A DNA stretch of 64,000 nucleotides from an uncultured Chloroflexia bacterium (GTDB lineage: Bacteria; Chloroflexota; Chloroflexia; Thermomicrobiales; CFX8). A program made the position numbers and the translations under genes. Positions within the stretch are counted from its first letter, which is position 1. Every line of letters begins with the position of its first letter. This document shows positions 36,688-46,741 of this stretch, piece by piece. The notes beneath the pieces were generated by a model. That model was not told the origin of the DNA and ran no database searches. It worked only from the letters and a program-made list of their open reading frames with translations. Location: the NCBI GenBank assembly GCA_963729445.1, contig CAVSNU010000002.1:1143925-1207924 (forward strand), written 5' to 3'.

Positions 36688-37866
36688 GTGATGGCGACGA
36701 CACCACTGCATTTCGCCGAGCGCATGTCCAGACTCGGCACCGAGAGCGCCTTCGACGTCATGGTGCGGGCCCGGGCGCTTGAGGCGCAGGGTCGCGACAT
36801 CATCCATCTCCAGCTCGGCGAGCCCGATTTCGACACACCGGCCCACATTATTGAGGCGGGGATCACGGCGCTGCGTCAGGGCGAGACGCACTACACCCCG
36901 CCGGCCGGCATTCCCCAGTTACGCGAGGCGATAGCGCACGAAGTCAGCCAGACGCGCGGAGTGACGATCGAGCCGGATCAGGTGGTTGTTACTCCAGGCG
37001 GCAAGCCGATCATGTTCTTCCTGATCCTTGCCCTGGCCGGTCCCGGCGACGAAGTGATCTACCCCGACACCGGGTTTCCGATCTATGGCTCGGTCGTCAA
37101 CTTTGCCGGAGCCACGCCGGTGCCGCTGCCGCTGCGTGAGGAGAACGATTTCCGCTTCGACCTCGACGAGCTGCGCGGCCTGATTTCGGACCGCACCCGG
37201 CTGGTGATCATCAACTCGCCGGCCAACCCGACCGGCGGAGTCCTGACCGACGAGGAACTCAGCGAGCTGGCCCGGTTGGCCGTCAAGCACGACTTCGTCG
37301 TGATGTCCGACGAGATCTACCGCAAGATCATCTACGGTGATTTCGAGCAGCCGAGCATCATCAGCTACCCCGGCATGCAGGAGCGCACCGTGATCCTGGA
37401 TGGTTTCTCCAAGACCTACGCGATGACCGGCTGGCGGCTCGGTTTCGGTGTCATGCCGCGCGATCTGGCGCTTCAGGTCACCCGGCTGGCGATCAACTGC
37501 AACTCCTGCACCTCCGGATTTACCCAGCTAGCCGGAGTTGCGGCGCTGACCGGTCCCCAGGAACCCGTTGAGCAGATGGTGGCCGAGTTCCAACGCCGGC
37601 GTGACGTCATTGTGGCGGGCTTGAACGACATTCCCGGCGTCACCTGCAACCTCCCTCTGGGTGCGTTCTACGTCTTCCCTAACGTCTCGCACTACGGCGA
37701 CAACATCGCGGACTACCTCCTCAACGAGGCCGGCGTCGCCATGGTCGACGGCACCAGCTTCGGTGACCAGGGCAAGGGCTACCTGCGTATCTCCTACGCC
37801 AATTCGCTTGAGAACATCGAGAACGCGTTGGAGCGCATGCGTGAGGCGCTGTTGAAGATGGGGTAG
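36688..37866 (+). CDS. Class I/II PLP-dependent aminotransferase (aspartate aminotransferase-like)
   Basis: NSPANPTGGVL and FSKTYAMTGWRLGF (PLP lysine). AAGGGAG RBS. The true start may be ATG 36691. Confidence 0.85.
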   Translation: MMATTPLHFAERMSRLGTESAFDVMVRARALEAQGRDIIHLQLGEPDFDTPAHIIEAGITALRQGETHYTPPAGIPQLREAIAHEVSQTRGVTIEPDQVVVTPGGKPIMFFLILALAGPGDEVIYPDTGFPIYGSVVNFAGATPVPLPLREENDFRFDLDELRGLISDRTRLVIINSPANPTGGVLTDEELSELARLAVKHDFVVMSDEIYRKIIYGDFEQPSIISYPGMQERTVILDGFSKTYAMTGWRLGFGVMPRDLALQVTRLAINCNSCTSGFTQLAGVAALTGPQEPVEQMVAEFQRRRDVIVAGLNDIPGVTCNLPLGAFYVFPNVSHYGDNIADYLLNEAGVAMVDGTSFGDQGKGYLRISYANSLENIENALERMREALLKMG

Positions 37867-37905
37867 GGTGCGGAAGAATCCTGCTAACCCGGACAGGAAC
37901 CCGGT

Positions 37906-38637
37906 ATGTCTATTGCCACGGTGCTCACCGAGATCATCGACCGAATCGTCCGGGAATTCCAGCCAGAAAAGATCATCCGCTTTGGTCCCCAGGCGCGCGG
38001 CAATGCGTTCCCGTACAGCGATGTCGAGCTGCTGGTCGTCATGCCGGAGGGCACGGACCGGCACGCGACGGCGGTCGCTATTCTCAAGCTCCTGGGTGAC
38101 CTCCCGGTAGCGAAAACCGTGATCGTGACGACGCCCGACGAGATCAGTCGCCGGGGCCAGATCGTGGGCAGTGCGCTCCGGCCTGCACTCCGCGAGGGCA
38201 GAGTGCTGTATGACCGAGAGAGTGAGGCGACGCACGAGCTCTGGGACTGGTTGCGTTTCGCGCGGGAGGATCTGCACGCGGCGACGCTCGTCGTGCAGCG
38301 TTCTGATGTTGCTCCACGCCAGGCTTGCTGGTTGGCGCAACAGTCGGCCGAAAAGGCGATCAAGTCAATTTTCGTCTTCTTGCAGCTCGATTTTCCGCAC
38401 GTCCACGATCTCACCCTGCTGCTCACCCTGGTTCCGGACGATTGGCAACTCAAGCACGATCCTCCCGACCTCTCGCAGCTAGCCAACTGGGCGGTGAATA
38501 CGCGCTACCCCGCGCCAAATGAACCAACCACCGAGGACGCCATCGTCGCCGTGCAAACCGCCAGCACCGTCTTCGAGACGGTCACCGCAGACCTGCTTCA
38601 ACGGGGCTACTCCCTTGATGAGAATGAGGATATTTAG
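37906..38637 (+). CDS. Fused minimal nucleotidyltransferase (MNT) plus HEPN domain protein
   Basis: N-terminal NTase motif [21 protein letters not shown]-terminal HEPN-like [32 protein letters not shown]. Single 243-aa ORF. Confidence 0.7.
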   Translation: MSIATVLTEIIDRIVREFQPEKIIRFGPQARGNAFPYSDVELLVVMPEGTDRHATAVAILKLLGDLPVAKTVIVTTPDEISRRGQIVGSALRPALREGRVLYDRESEATHELWDWLRFAREDLHAATLVVQRSDVAPRQACWLAQQSAEKAIKSIFVFLQLDFPHVHDLTLLLTLVPDDWQLKHDPPDLSQLANWAVNTRYPAPNEPTTEDAIVAVQTASTVFETVTADLLQRGYSLDENEDI

Positions 38638-39377
38638 GCATAAACGAGTTCTTGTATCTCGTGAGAGTCAACGTGAGGAAACTCGTCCCACGTGCGGCCC
38701 TCGAGTAGGCGCCCGGATTTCTTTTTGTTCTGCCCACCCCACTGTTTGAAGAAGAACGGTACTTTCGACTCCAGGCACTGGTCACGGATATCAGTGACCC
38801 ATTCGGGGTCGATTGGCCGCGCCTTTGGACCAGACTCACCTCCAACGATGACCCAGTGAATACCCCTAAGGTCAAGATTGGGGAGGGGTCCAAGGAGGGG
38901 TTCTAGTGACAGGAATCGCGTCGCTGCATCCGCCAACCGGAGATGGTCAATTCGACTTACAACTCGCAGATCCTCGACGCTCGTACCCATCCAGATATTC
39001 TCCGGCCAAGAAAGCGCATCACTCATCTGTGCAACACGTTCTGGCCGCTTCGTGAGGACCTGAAATTGGTGTTGTGGGCAGCGAACCATCACATCGAACA
39101 CTCGATGGATGAACTCGTCCGGAACTTCAGGATGAAACAGATCACTCATTGAGTTGACGAAGACCTTGCGAGGTTTCTTCCACTTGAACGGCACCTCTAG
39201 CATGTGCTCGTGGAGCGTGATCTTAAAGCCATTCCGGTAGTTCGGGCTACCCATCGCTTGCAGCCGCTTCGCCATTCGATCGGCGTAGCAATACTTGCAA
39301 CCGGCACTCAATTTTGTGCAGCCGGTCAGTGGATTCCATGTGGCTTCAGTCCATTCTATGCCTGAATTATTGGCCAT
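38634..39377 (-). CDS. DUF5131 / phage Gp37-Gp68 family three-Cys-motif protein
   Basis: [36 protein letters not shown] (C-x6-C-x2-C). ...[14 protein letters not shown]...FFFKQWGG is typical of PF07505. GGGAG RBS lies in the 16-nt gap after tcmP. Confidence 0.8.
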   Translation of the reverse strand: MANNSGIEWTEATWNPLTGCTKLSAGCKYCYADRMAKRLQAMGSPNYRNGFKITLHEHMLEVPFKWKKPRKVFVNSMSDLFHPEVPDEFIHRVFDVMVRCPQHQFQVLTKRPERVAQMSDALSWPENIWMGTSVEDLRVVSRIDHLRLADAATRFLSLEPLLGPLPNLDLRGIHWVIVGGESGPKARPIDPEWVTDIRDQCLESKVPFFFKQWGGQNKKKSGRLLEGRTWDEFPHVDSHEIQELVYA

Positions 39378-39393
39378 TTTCCTAATCTCCCTA

Positions 39394-40551
39394 TTATGGA
39401 AATGACACCATTACTGGGTCACCAAAGGTCGGACTCCCATTACGCTTCTTTCGGCGTTGGGCGGGCGGGTTTGCAACGATCCGATGCTCCATCTCTAGTT
39501 GAGATAGAGCTTCCTTGTAATTCCGCTCGATATAGTTTGTTCCAACGTTATGCGAGTCGTATATCTCTCGCATTGACAACGTTTGTCCTCGAAATACTTT
39601 CAAGAGCTCCACCTTGAGCTCATCAAGAGGCCGCTCAAGCTCCAGTCTTGACTGCCGCGCTCGTGACGGATCGAATTCAAAACTGGGGACGCCTTGTGGA
39701 GAACTCGAGCTAAACTCACTCATGATGTCCTTCATTATGGCGTATCCGCGCACGTGCTTAGTGACCAAGATCAAATGATGGCTCGTCCGACTACCGCCGT
39801 CTGCTTTGAAGCAGAACGGCAATACATATCGACCACCGACCTCTTGGAGAGCCGCAGGCAACTCGTTAAGTATCTCCTGCTCCCGTTGTGCTTGTTTCAG
39901 TGCTGAAACTCGACTGCGTAAATCAGCGGCCCGTTGGCTGCCAAATATTTCGTTCATCCTAGCTACGACGCTGGGATTTGAGAGGCCCGGGTTTATCCGA
40001 TTGTAATTGAAAAAGAAGATGCAATCGCATCCCCAATCACGAATTGCGGCTCCCAACAACTCAAGAGACAGGCCTCTATAGCCCCATGGATCGATGAAAA
40101 ATAACGTTGGTGCGAACCGTGTCTCCTGAAGAAAAGCCACCACTTCAGTACTTACATCATATGAAGTAAATTGAGGCTCATACTTGAGGGTATCGATCCC
40201 TTCAATGGCTAACACCGCTTCGCGGAGTTGCTTGATATACCGTGGATTACCGTCGTTGAACCATGTCACGAGTTGTTCAGCAAGCGGCGGTGAAGAGATC
40301 GCATGCCTAAGTATCCAAAGAGGGGTAGACTCCGCACCATCGTCATAGGATCCCTGGCCCGAAAACAAATCAATATAGGAGACCTGTCTGTCGGACCCCA
40401 TGGCGCGAGGTAACATAATCTTCGACCAAGCACTGAAGTATTTGGCGACGATCCTTGTCTTTACGAGTGATGATTCCCGCTGCTCCTGAAAAAACCTCTC
40501 ACCTCTAGGTATCGACAATGGCGCCTCCTCAGATCGATCATAACAGAACAT
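39394..40551 (-). CDS. tcmP: Three-Cys-motif partner protein TcmP
   Basis: N-terminus [16 protein letters not shown]...[24 protein letters not shown] and FFIDPWGY are typical of TIGR04474-type proteins. It lies immediately upstream of the DUF5131 gene. GC is about 48-50% in hand-counted lines. Confidence 0.7.
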   Translation of the reverse strand: MFCYDRSEEAPLSIPRGERFFQEQRESSLVKTRIVAKYFSAWSKIMLPRAMGSDRQVSYIDLFSGQGSYDDGAESTPLWILRHAISSPPLAEQLVTWFNDGNPRYIKQLREAVLAIEGIDTLKYEPQFTSYDVSTEVVAFLQETRFAPTLFFIDPWGYRGLSLELLGAAIRDWGCDCIFFFNYNRINPGLSNPSVVARMNEIFGSQRAADLRSRVSALKQAQREQEILNELPAALQEVGGRYVLPFCFKADGGSRTSHHLILVTKHVRGYAIMKDIMSEFSSSSPQGVPSFEFDPSRARQSRLELERPLDELKVELLKVFRGQTLSMREIYDSHNVGTNYIERNYKEALSQLEMEHRIVANPPAQRRKKRNGSPTFGDPVMVSFP

Positions 40552-40671
40552 ATGTTCGTATCAATAACCTCAAACACCGTCGGTAGTCAAGGCAACCTAG
40601 TCTGAGTGGCCAGGTGACAATATCGAGAGCTAAAGAGCTACGAATGGCCAGACGTGAAACTCTCGGTCGCT

Positions 40672-41595
40672 CTACTCAAACGTCACCGACCACTCGCCAA
40701 CCGCCGTGACCTCGACCAGCGAGGTGTCGGACGGGATGATGACGCGGCCATCGTAGGGGTCGGTGGTGTTGACGGCCAGGTTGGAGCGACTACCGTAGGT
40801 GACGACGGCGAAGTGACGGCTGTCGGCGTTGCCGGTGATCACGGCTGTATCCATCTCGCCACGAACAAGGAAAACTTCGTCACCTGAGCCAGTGACCGCA
40901 CCGGGCGCATCAGCAACACGAGCTGAGAGCAATGGCCGAACCTCGATGTACCACTCGCCCTTCGACGTTACTTCCAAGCGTGTCGTTGTTTCACCTTCCC
41001 GAAAATCGAGCGCGACGATTCCTTCATAAACATCGGTGGTGTTCACCAACAAACCAGTTGACTCACCGGCGTCGTCATAGGCAGTAACAGCAAAGTGGCG
41101 TGCCTCTGCGTTACCACGCACATAGACCAAGACAGCATCGTCGGCTGCACCAGGCTTTTGTATTGACACAACATCATCGCCGAATCCCGAATAGGCTACC
41201 GGCACTGGTGCAGGTGTCGGAGTCGGTGGAACCGGCGTAGCCGTGGGCTCCGGTGTTGGGCTGGGAGTAGCGGTGGGCTCTGGCGTGGCTGTTGGCTCGG
41301 GAGTAGCTGTCGGTTCAGGTGTCGACGTTGGTTCGGGAGTCGCAGTTGGTTCTTGCGTAGCCGGCGGCTGCGGAGTGTTCGTGGGCGCAGTCGTGGCATC
41401 CGTCTCGGACGTAGTCGCAACGGTCGGGTTCGAGCCTTCGGCGGCTGTGTTCTCGTCATCTGTTTCGGCCCCACAGGCCACAAGCATCAGTGCCAGTACG
41501 GTCATGACGAGTAACACGCCATAGCGCGCAGCGCCCGTACCAGAAGTGAGCCATTGCAGCTTCCACATCAGTGATTCCTCCATTGATGAGACCAT
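40672..41595 (-). CDS. Hypothetical lipoprotein with (E)PTATP repeat linker and duplicated C-terminal beta-rich domain
   Basis: LALMLVACGAETDD lipobox. EPTATPEPTSTPEPTATPEPTATPEPTATPSPTPEPTATP linker. Two related ~85-aa modules (..NAEARHFAVTAYDDAG..LLVNTTDVYEGIV.. and ..NADSRHFAVVTYGSRS.NLAVNTTDPYDGRV..). Confidence 0.6.
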   Translation of the reverse strand: MVSSMEESLMWKLQWLTSGTGAARYGVLLVMTVLALMLVACGAETDDENTAAEGSNPTVATTSETDATTAPTNTPQPPATQEPTATPEPTSTPEPTATPEPTATPEPTATPSPTPEPTATPVPPTPTPAPVPVAYSGFGDDVVSIQKPGAADDAVLVYVRGNAEARHFAVTAYDDAGESTGLLVNTTDVYEGIVALDFREGETTTRLEVTSKGEWYIEVRPLLSARVADAPGAVTGSGDEVFLVRGEMDTAVITGNADSRHFAVVTYGSRSNLAVNTTDPYDGRVIIPSDTSLVEVTAVGEWSVTFE

Positions 41596-41758
41596 GCTCC
41601 TATATCGTCAGGTGCATCGTAAACCACATATTTGTTCAAGGACACAGGACTAATCGCCCACTTGTTACTCAAACGTCAGCGATCACTCACCAACCGCATC
41701 AGTGATTCCTTCATCGTGACACCATGCTTCGTCCCCCGGCAAGGGCAGACGAAACGAA

Positions 41759-41794
41759 CAGCGTCTCCCCCTTGTACCGGAGGGGAAGACGCTG
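41759..41794 (-). terminator. Probable intrinsic terminator of the DUF4097 gene
   Basis: On the minus strand, CAGCGTCTTCCCC..loop..GGGGGAGACGCTG (one bulge) is followed by TTCGTTTCGTC. It lies 28 nt after the stop. Confidence 0.45.
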
Positions 41795-41821
41795 CTTCTC
41801 TTTTACTGGGTGGTGACTGGT

Positions 41822-42619
41822 CTAGCTCGCGCGTCCTGCTTCCCGGATCGTCATGCCGCCGCTGATTGTCGCGACACGCAGGTGGAGCTTCACCCTGGAC
41901 GCGTCCCAGGCGTCATTGACGTAACCTCGGGCACCTCCGCGCGAGGATTCTCCGGTTTGCAGGTCGAGCCGGCCAGAGATAGTTGCGGTTTGCACCGCTA
42001 CGCCGACATTTGTGGGGATCGTCACGATCACGCCACCGGATACGGAGTCGATCTTCGCGTTCAGGTCGCGCAGCCAGTGGCCGCCAAGATCGACCTCCAG
42101 CGCGCCACTGGCACTCTTCGTTTCCAGACTGGCGAGCGAGCGGTAACGGCCGTTCAAGCGCAGGATGACGTCTCCACTGGCGGAATTGACGGTGACACGG
42201 CTGGCATAGGGCTGGTCTCCGCCGAGTCCGGCGGAGACGTCACCGCTGGCGGAGTCCAGATCCAGTGACGCGACGGTGACGCTATCCAGTGCAAGGGTGG
42301 CGTTCGCACTGGCAACGTTCACCTGAAGATCGAGGGGGATACGGTCATTCAGGCGGATGGTCCACGCATTTTCGGTCGCGTGGACGTTGTTGGTGGATGC
42401 CTGCTTGATGCTGAGCGCGCCTAGACGACCGGAAGCGTCATGTTCCACCAGGGGTTCAAGCTCTTCGTCGTAAATGAAATCAGCGTCCATCAGGCCAGTT
42501 GCGCCACCAGAGATGTGCAGCTCTCCGACCGCCATGCTGATTTCCACCCGGGCGGCTGCGATCCCGTCAGCCGGAACCGTCTCAGAGCGTTGCATCGTGT
42601 CGGGGTCCTTCCCTGCCAT
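41822..42619 (-). CDS. DUF4097 / toast-rack beta-strand repeat protein (LiaG-like putative adhesin)
   Basis: Repeated SASGDV / SASGAL / SVSGGV strands. The start is uncertain (42634, 42619 or 42595); every option overlaps the end of the upstream gene. Confidence 0.6.
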   Translation of the reverse strand: MAGKDPDTMQRSETVPADGIAAARVEISMAVGELHISGGATGLMDADFIYDEELEPLVEHDASGRLGALSIKQASTNNVHATENAWTIRLNDRIPLDLQVNVASANATLALDSVTVASLDLDSASGDVSAGLGGDQPYASRVTVNSASGDVILRLNGRYRSLASLETKSASGALEVDLGGHWLRDLNAKIDSVSGGVIVTIPTNVGVAVQTATISGRLDLQTGESSRGGARGYVNDAWDASRVKLHLRVATISGGMTIREAGRAS

Positions 42620-43610
42620 CGAGGATCGGCGCAAGCTCCTCGGTCATTGCGAACAGCACCGCTGTACCCCCAGTATGCAGGAAGACAACGGATTCGTCTG
42701 GCGAGTATGTCCCGCTCCGGATCTCGGCCAGCATCCCGGCGAATGCTTTTGCACTATAGATCGGCTCCAGCAGGATCGCCTCGGTGCGCGCCAGCAGGCG
42801 GATCGCGTCCAGCCCCTCGCTTGTGGGAACGGCGTAGGCCTCACCGACGAAACCGTCGACGCAGATGATGTCTTCCTGCGTGAGCGGGCAATCTATCCCC
42901 AGACGAGCGGCGGTCTGCTGAACGATCTTCCAGCTGCGCTCGGCTCCGATGGCGGCGTTGTCCTCGATCATGATGCCGCGCACCTGGTACTCGGATCCAT
43001 AGATAGCCGCGCCGAGCGCAACCCCGGCATGGGTTCCTCCGCCGCCATTCGGCAAGTAGAAGGCGCTGGGACTGATACCCTGTTCCCAGAGCTGGTAGTT
43101 CAGCTCCAGCATGGCCGCGACGTAGCCGAGTGCACCAACCTCGTTGGAGCCGCCGCCCGGGATAATGTAGGGCACACAGCCGCTCGCCTTCAACGCAGAC
43201 GCAATCTCCGCCATCTTCGCCGGCCGGTCACGCTCTTCGGGCACGCGATGGTACGCAATGCCAAAGATGTGATCCAGCAGGAAATTACCCTGAATCGGTG
43301 GGTTCGGATCGGTGGTATTGCTGACGATAACGGTTTCAAGGCCCATGAGCCGGGCGGCGGCAAGGGTCTGCCGGACGTGATTCGATTGGGGACCACCCTC
43401 GGTGATGAGGTGGGTCGCGCCCTGCTCCAGGGCGTCGGCGAGCAGGTATTCCAGCATGCGGGTTTTGTTCCCGCCCAGGGCGAGCCCGGTGAGGTCGTCT
43501 CGTTTAATGTAAATCCGAGGGCCACCGAGCTGCGCGGAGAGACGCTCGGCGAAATGCAGCGGCGTCGGAAAGGTTCCCAGTCGGATCCGAGGTTGTGCGG
43601 TTAATCCCAT
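42582..43610 (-). CDS. ACC deaminase / D-cysteine desulfhydrase family PLP enzyme
   Basis: FPTPLHFAERLSAQLGGPRIYIKRDDLTGLALGGNKTRMLEYLLADA (PLP lysine in GGNKTR). Confidence 0.8.
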   Translation of the reverse strand: MGLTAQPRIRLGTFPTPLHFAERLSAQLGGPRIYIKRDDLTGLALGGNKTRMLEYLLADALEQGATHLITEGGPQSNHVRQTLAAARLMGLETVIVSNTTDPNPPIQGNFLLDHIFGIAYHRVPEERDRPAKMAEIASALKASGCVPYIIPGGGSNEVGALGYVAAMLELNYQLWEQGISPSAFYLPNGGGGTHAGVALGAAIYGSEYQVRGIMIEDNAAIGAERSWKIVQQTAARLGIDCPLTQEDIICVDGFVGEAYAVPTSEGLDAIRLLARTEAILLEPIYSAKAFAGMLAEIRSGTYSPDESVVFLHTGGTAVLFAMTEELAPILDGREGPRHDATL

Positions 43611-43619
43611 CGCGGCTCT

Positions 43620-44117
43620 CTACCCCTTAACCGTTGCTCGAGCGCGGCGGATCTGGTCAGCGTGCTCGTGGGCGTGTGCCGCGTAGATCCCTAGCCAACC
43701 TTCAACGCTATAGCGGCCGCTCTCGCTGTGCGTTCCAGCTCGCGCCCACTCGGCAGCAGTCATACGGTCAAGGAGTTGGGCGGTCGATTCCCGGGCAAAT
43801 CGAAAGGCCTGGAGCGATGGCTCGATCGGCCGGTCGTAATACAGAATCCGGGCATACGCTTCCTGATCGTAACCGATGATTTCGGGGTTTTCCTCCGCCA
43901 GCAACCGGCGCAATCGAAGCGCCGAAGCCATCTCGCTGTCCGCAAGGTGGTGAATGACCTCGCGCGGTGACCACTCGTTCGGCCCCTCGCGCGCGTCCAT
44001 CTCGGCGTCGCTGATGCCCTCAAGCGACTCCGTAATAACTCGATAGCCGTCCTTATACTGCTCGATCATCTCGTTCCGGCTGCTGTCCACGCGTGGCCTC
44101 CCGCCCTGTCGCAACAC
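43620..44117 (-). CDS. DinB family (DinB_2) protein
   Basis: EVIHHLADSEM...IYAAHAHEHADQIRRA, a His triad typical of DinB/YfiT. The true start is possibly ATG 44069. Confidence 0.7.
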   Translation of the reverse strand: MLRQGGRPRVDSSRNEMIEQYKDGYRVITESLEGISDAEMDAREGPNEWSPREVIHHLADSEMASALRLRRLLAEENPEIIGYDQEAYARILYYDRPIEPSLQAFRFARESTAQLLDRMTAAEWARAGTHSESGRYSVEGWLGIYAAHAHEHADQIRRARATVKG

Positions 44118-44311
44118 TATCCACAGCGGATCATAGAGGATCGCGCAGGGTTCGTCAGCGTGCTCTCAGGGGAGTGGTAGACGCCGTCCTCAGCAGGTGT
44201 TACTCTCAATCCCTATTATTTTCATCATGATGCTTCAGACCACACATTTTCAGTCCAGAGGAACAAAGAGGCCATGATGCAGATGCGGTCGATTCTCAGG
44301 GGAAGAGGCGA

Positions 44312-45100
44312 ATGATAGCCACTATTGCGTCGCCGATTCACTCCACTATCGAGAGGGTTGCATCCCGATTCCAGCATCTAGGTGCGACATCGGGAGAACT
44401 ACCTGATGGCTGGCAGCTCTGCTCGGACATCGTGGCTGATCGGGTCGCGGTGAATGGTCTGATCGACACGGCTTGCGAGATCTACACGATGGACGACCGC
44501 CAGGTAGCCGCAAGCTTCCTGGTGCTGGGGTATTTCTGGCATCCCATGGTGACCGCCGTTGCCTGTTACCTGCTGGAACGCAGAGTGCCGGATCTGTCTC
44601 CGAGCAGCGTTGGCGTGCACCTACGAGATGGCGTTGCGTTCACAACGCCTCACTGCTGGAGCCTCCCTGATGACCCTGACGCCGGACACCCCGATGTGAC
44701 CGTTGTTGAAGATCTTCATGCACTGCGTGTCCAGATTGTCGAGCAACTGGAAGACCACGCCGGACCGCTGTTCGCAACCCTGCGCTCCGTCGCGCCGTAT
44801 GGAATGCCCGCCATGCGAGCGAACTACACCGATCGCCTCGCCAGCGCTGTGCTCTGGCTGGCGGAGCAGATGAGAGCCCCTGACATTGCTCGCCGCGAAG
44901 TTCCTGCCTTCGTCTCACTTGCGAGCCAGAAGTCGCGTAGCGGAGTCATCGAGATCGAGCACGAGGGACGTTCGGGGGTCTTCCTGCGACGCGGAGGTTG
45001 TTGCCTGAACTATCGCTTGCCTGAGCGGGAGAAGTGCGACACCTGTTCTCTGATTCCGCTGGACCAACGGCTTATACAGTTGCGCCGGCATCTTGAGTGA
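44312..45100 (+). CDS. FhuF-like ferric reductase / (2Fe-2S)-binding protein
   Basis: C-terminal CCLNYRLPEREKCDTCSL matches C-C-x10-C-x2-C of the FhuF C-terminal domain. Confidence 0.65.
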   Translation: MIATIASPIHSTIERVASRFQHLGATSGELPDGWQLCSDIVADRVAVNGLIDTACEIYTMDDRQVAASFLVLGYFWHPMVTAVACYLLERRVPDLSPSSVGVHLRDGVAFTTPHCWSLPDDPDAGHPDVTVVEDLHALRVQIVEQLEDHAGPLFATLRSVAPYGMPAMRANYTDRLASAVLWLAEQMRAPDIARREVPAFVSLASQKSRSGVIEIEHEGRSGVFLRRGGCCLNYRLPEREKCDTCSLIPLDQRLIQLRRHLE

Positions 45101-45171
45101 TGTCCTCATTGCGAACGGGACAACGACACGGCCAGCAACAACAACGCACTATAGACTGGAGCCAGGTAGAT

Positions 45172-46608
45172 CTACGGAACCGTTGCCTCGGTTCCTTTGG
45201 AGCTACGTTCTATCGATCCTCCAGCCGCGTTCCAGGCCTCGTAGCCGCCCACCAGGCTCGCAATCGGGGCAAAGCCATGCGCGTCGAGAATGCTGGTGGC
45301 GACTGACGAGCGGAATCCGCTGAGACAGTGGACGACGAGCGGCTTATCGTCCGGGATCTCGTCCAACCGCTCTTCCAGGTAGCCAAGCGGGATATGCACC
45401 GCCCCCGGAACGTGGCCTTCCTTATATTCAGATGAGCCCCGAACGTCCAGAATGGTGATCTCGCCCCTGTCCCAACGCTCTTTTGCGCTCGCGGCCATGA
45501 TCTGCTCAATCTTCGAGAGACCCTGATCCCAGCTGTTGACGACATCCGGGGTCCAGTAGCCCTTGATCTCGTCAAGGCCGATCAGACGCAGGTCGAGCAT
45601 TACCCGATCAAGGTTGGGCTCATCAACAATCAGGGCAAATGGCGCGTCATAGGGCAACAACCAGCCGGCCCAGGTGATGAACGCTTTGCCGAGCGGAATG
45701 TTGATCGTGCCAGGGATGTGGCCGGCAGCATACGCGTCGGCCGGGCGCGTATCGACAATCCTGAGTCCCGACTGTAGTTCCTGCTCGATGATCGTCGACG
45801 CCAACCGCGCCGGTTCTGCTGCCTCGCTGAGCCGCGGCACACCTTCTTTGTTCATGCGCTTCATCGCTTTGAAATACCTGGGCGGCTCCGGTTGGTCAGC
45901 CGTCACCTGTTTGACGAACTCTGCTTCGTTCGGGACATTGAGCGCCCAGTTGAAGAGCTTTTCGTAGCCGACCGTGCTCTGAGGAACCGCGCCGAGCGCC
46001 TTGCCGCACGCGCTGCCCGCTCCGTGGCCCGGCCAGACTTGCAGGTGGTCCGGCAGTTCTTTGAACCGCTCAAGCGACTGGTAGAGCTGCCTGGCGCCGC
46101 GCTCCATCATGCCTTTCATACCGGCGGCTGTCTCTAACAGGTCGGGTCTTCCGACATCGCCGACGAAAACGAAGTCACCCGTAAAGACGCCCATCGCCGT
46201 CTCAGCATTGGCGGCGTCGGTCAAGATGAACGAGAGGTGCTCCGGAGTGTGGCCGGGCGTGTGCATGACCTGGAGTGTGATCTTGCCAACATTGAACGTG
46301 TCACCGTCGTGCACGAATGTCGCGCCGGATTGGTCAGCAAACTCATATTTCCATTCGTCGTCACCCTCGCCGGAGAGGTAGAGCTGCGCGCCGGTGCGCT
46401 CCGCCAGCTCACCTGCTCCGGAGGCGAAATCGGCATGGATATGTGTTTCCGTAATCGCGGTGATCTGGAACCCTTCAGCAGCAATCAGGGCAAGGTACTG
46501 ATCGAAATTGCGATTGGGATCGATGATCAGAGCATCGCCGGTCGCCTGGCAAGCCACCACGTAACTGGCCTGGGCCAGCTTTTCGTCGTACAACATACGG
46601 AGAAACAC
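45172..46608 (-). CDS. MBL-fold hydrolase (persulfide-dioxygenase-like) fused to two rhodanese domains
   Basis: ITETHIHADF metal motif and MHTPGHTPEH. C-terminal rhodanese active-site loop VVHCLSGFRSS. Confidence 0.75.
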   Translation of the reverse strand: MFLRMLYDEKLAQASYVVACQATGDALIIDPNRNFDQYLALIAAEGFQITAITETHIHADFASGAGELAERTGAQLYLSGEGDDEWKYEFADQSGATFVHDGDTFNVGKITLQVMHTPGHTPEHLSFILTDAANAETAMGVFTGDFVFVGDVGRPDLLETAAGMKGMMERGARQLYQSLERFKELPDHLQVWPGHGAGSACGKALGAVPQSTVGYEKLFNWALNVPNEAEFVKQVTADQPEPPRYFKAMKRMNKEGVPRLSEAAEPARLASTIIEQELQSGLRIVDTRPADAYAAGHIPGTINIPLGKAFITWAGWLLPYDAPFALIVDEPNLDRVMLDLRLIGLDEIKGYWTPDVVNSWDQGLSKIEQIMAASAKERWDRGEITILDVRGSSEYKEGHVPGAVHIPLGYLEERLDEIPDDKPLVVHCLSGFRSSVATSILDAHGFAPIASLVGGYEAWNAAGGSIERSSKGTEATVP

Positions 46609-46741
46609 AGCTACCTCCCAGGTCAGTGAAGCAAACGCTGGCGTGTTGGCCGGAAAAGAGCGGTCATTGCTGAGTTTTGATCATGTCGTTTGTCATGTAT
46701 TGTAAGCCATCTTTTGCAGAATGATACTGAGAGGGTCGCAG

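Noticed and set aside
44117-44125. Isolated one-mismatch DnaA-like boxes: CTATCCACA at 44117-44125, and the same box on the minus strand at 27240-27248.
   Set aside because: They are single, unclustered occurrences, one inside a CDS and one at a gene start. They are compatible with chance or ordinary DnaA-regulated promoters and are not origin-like.
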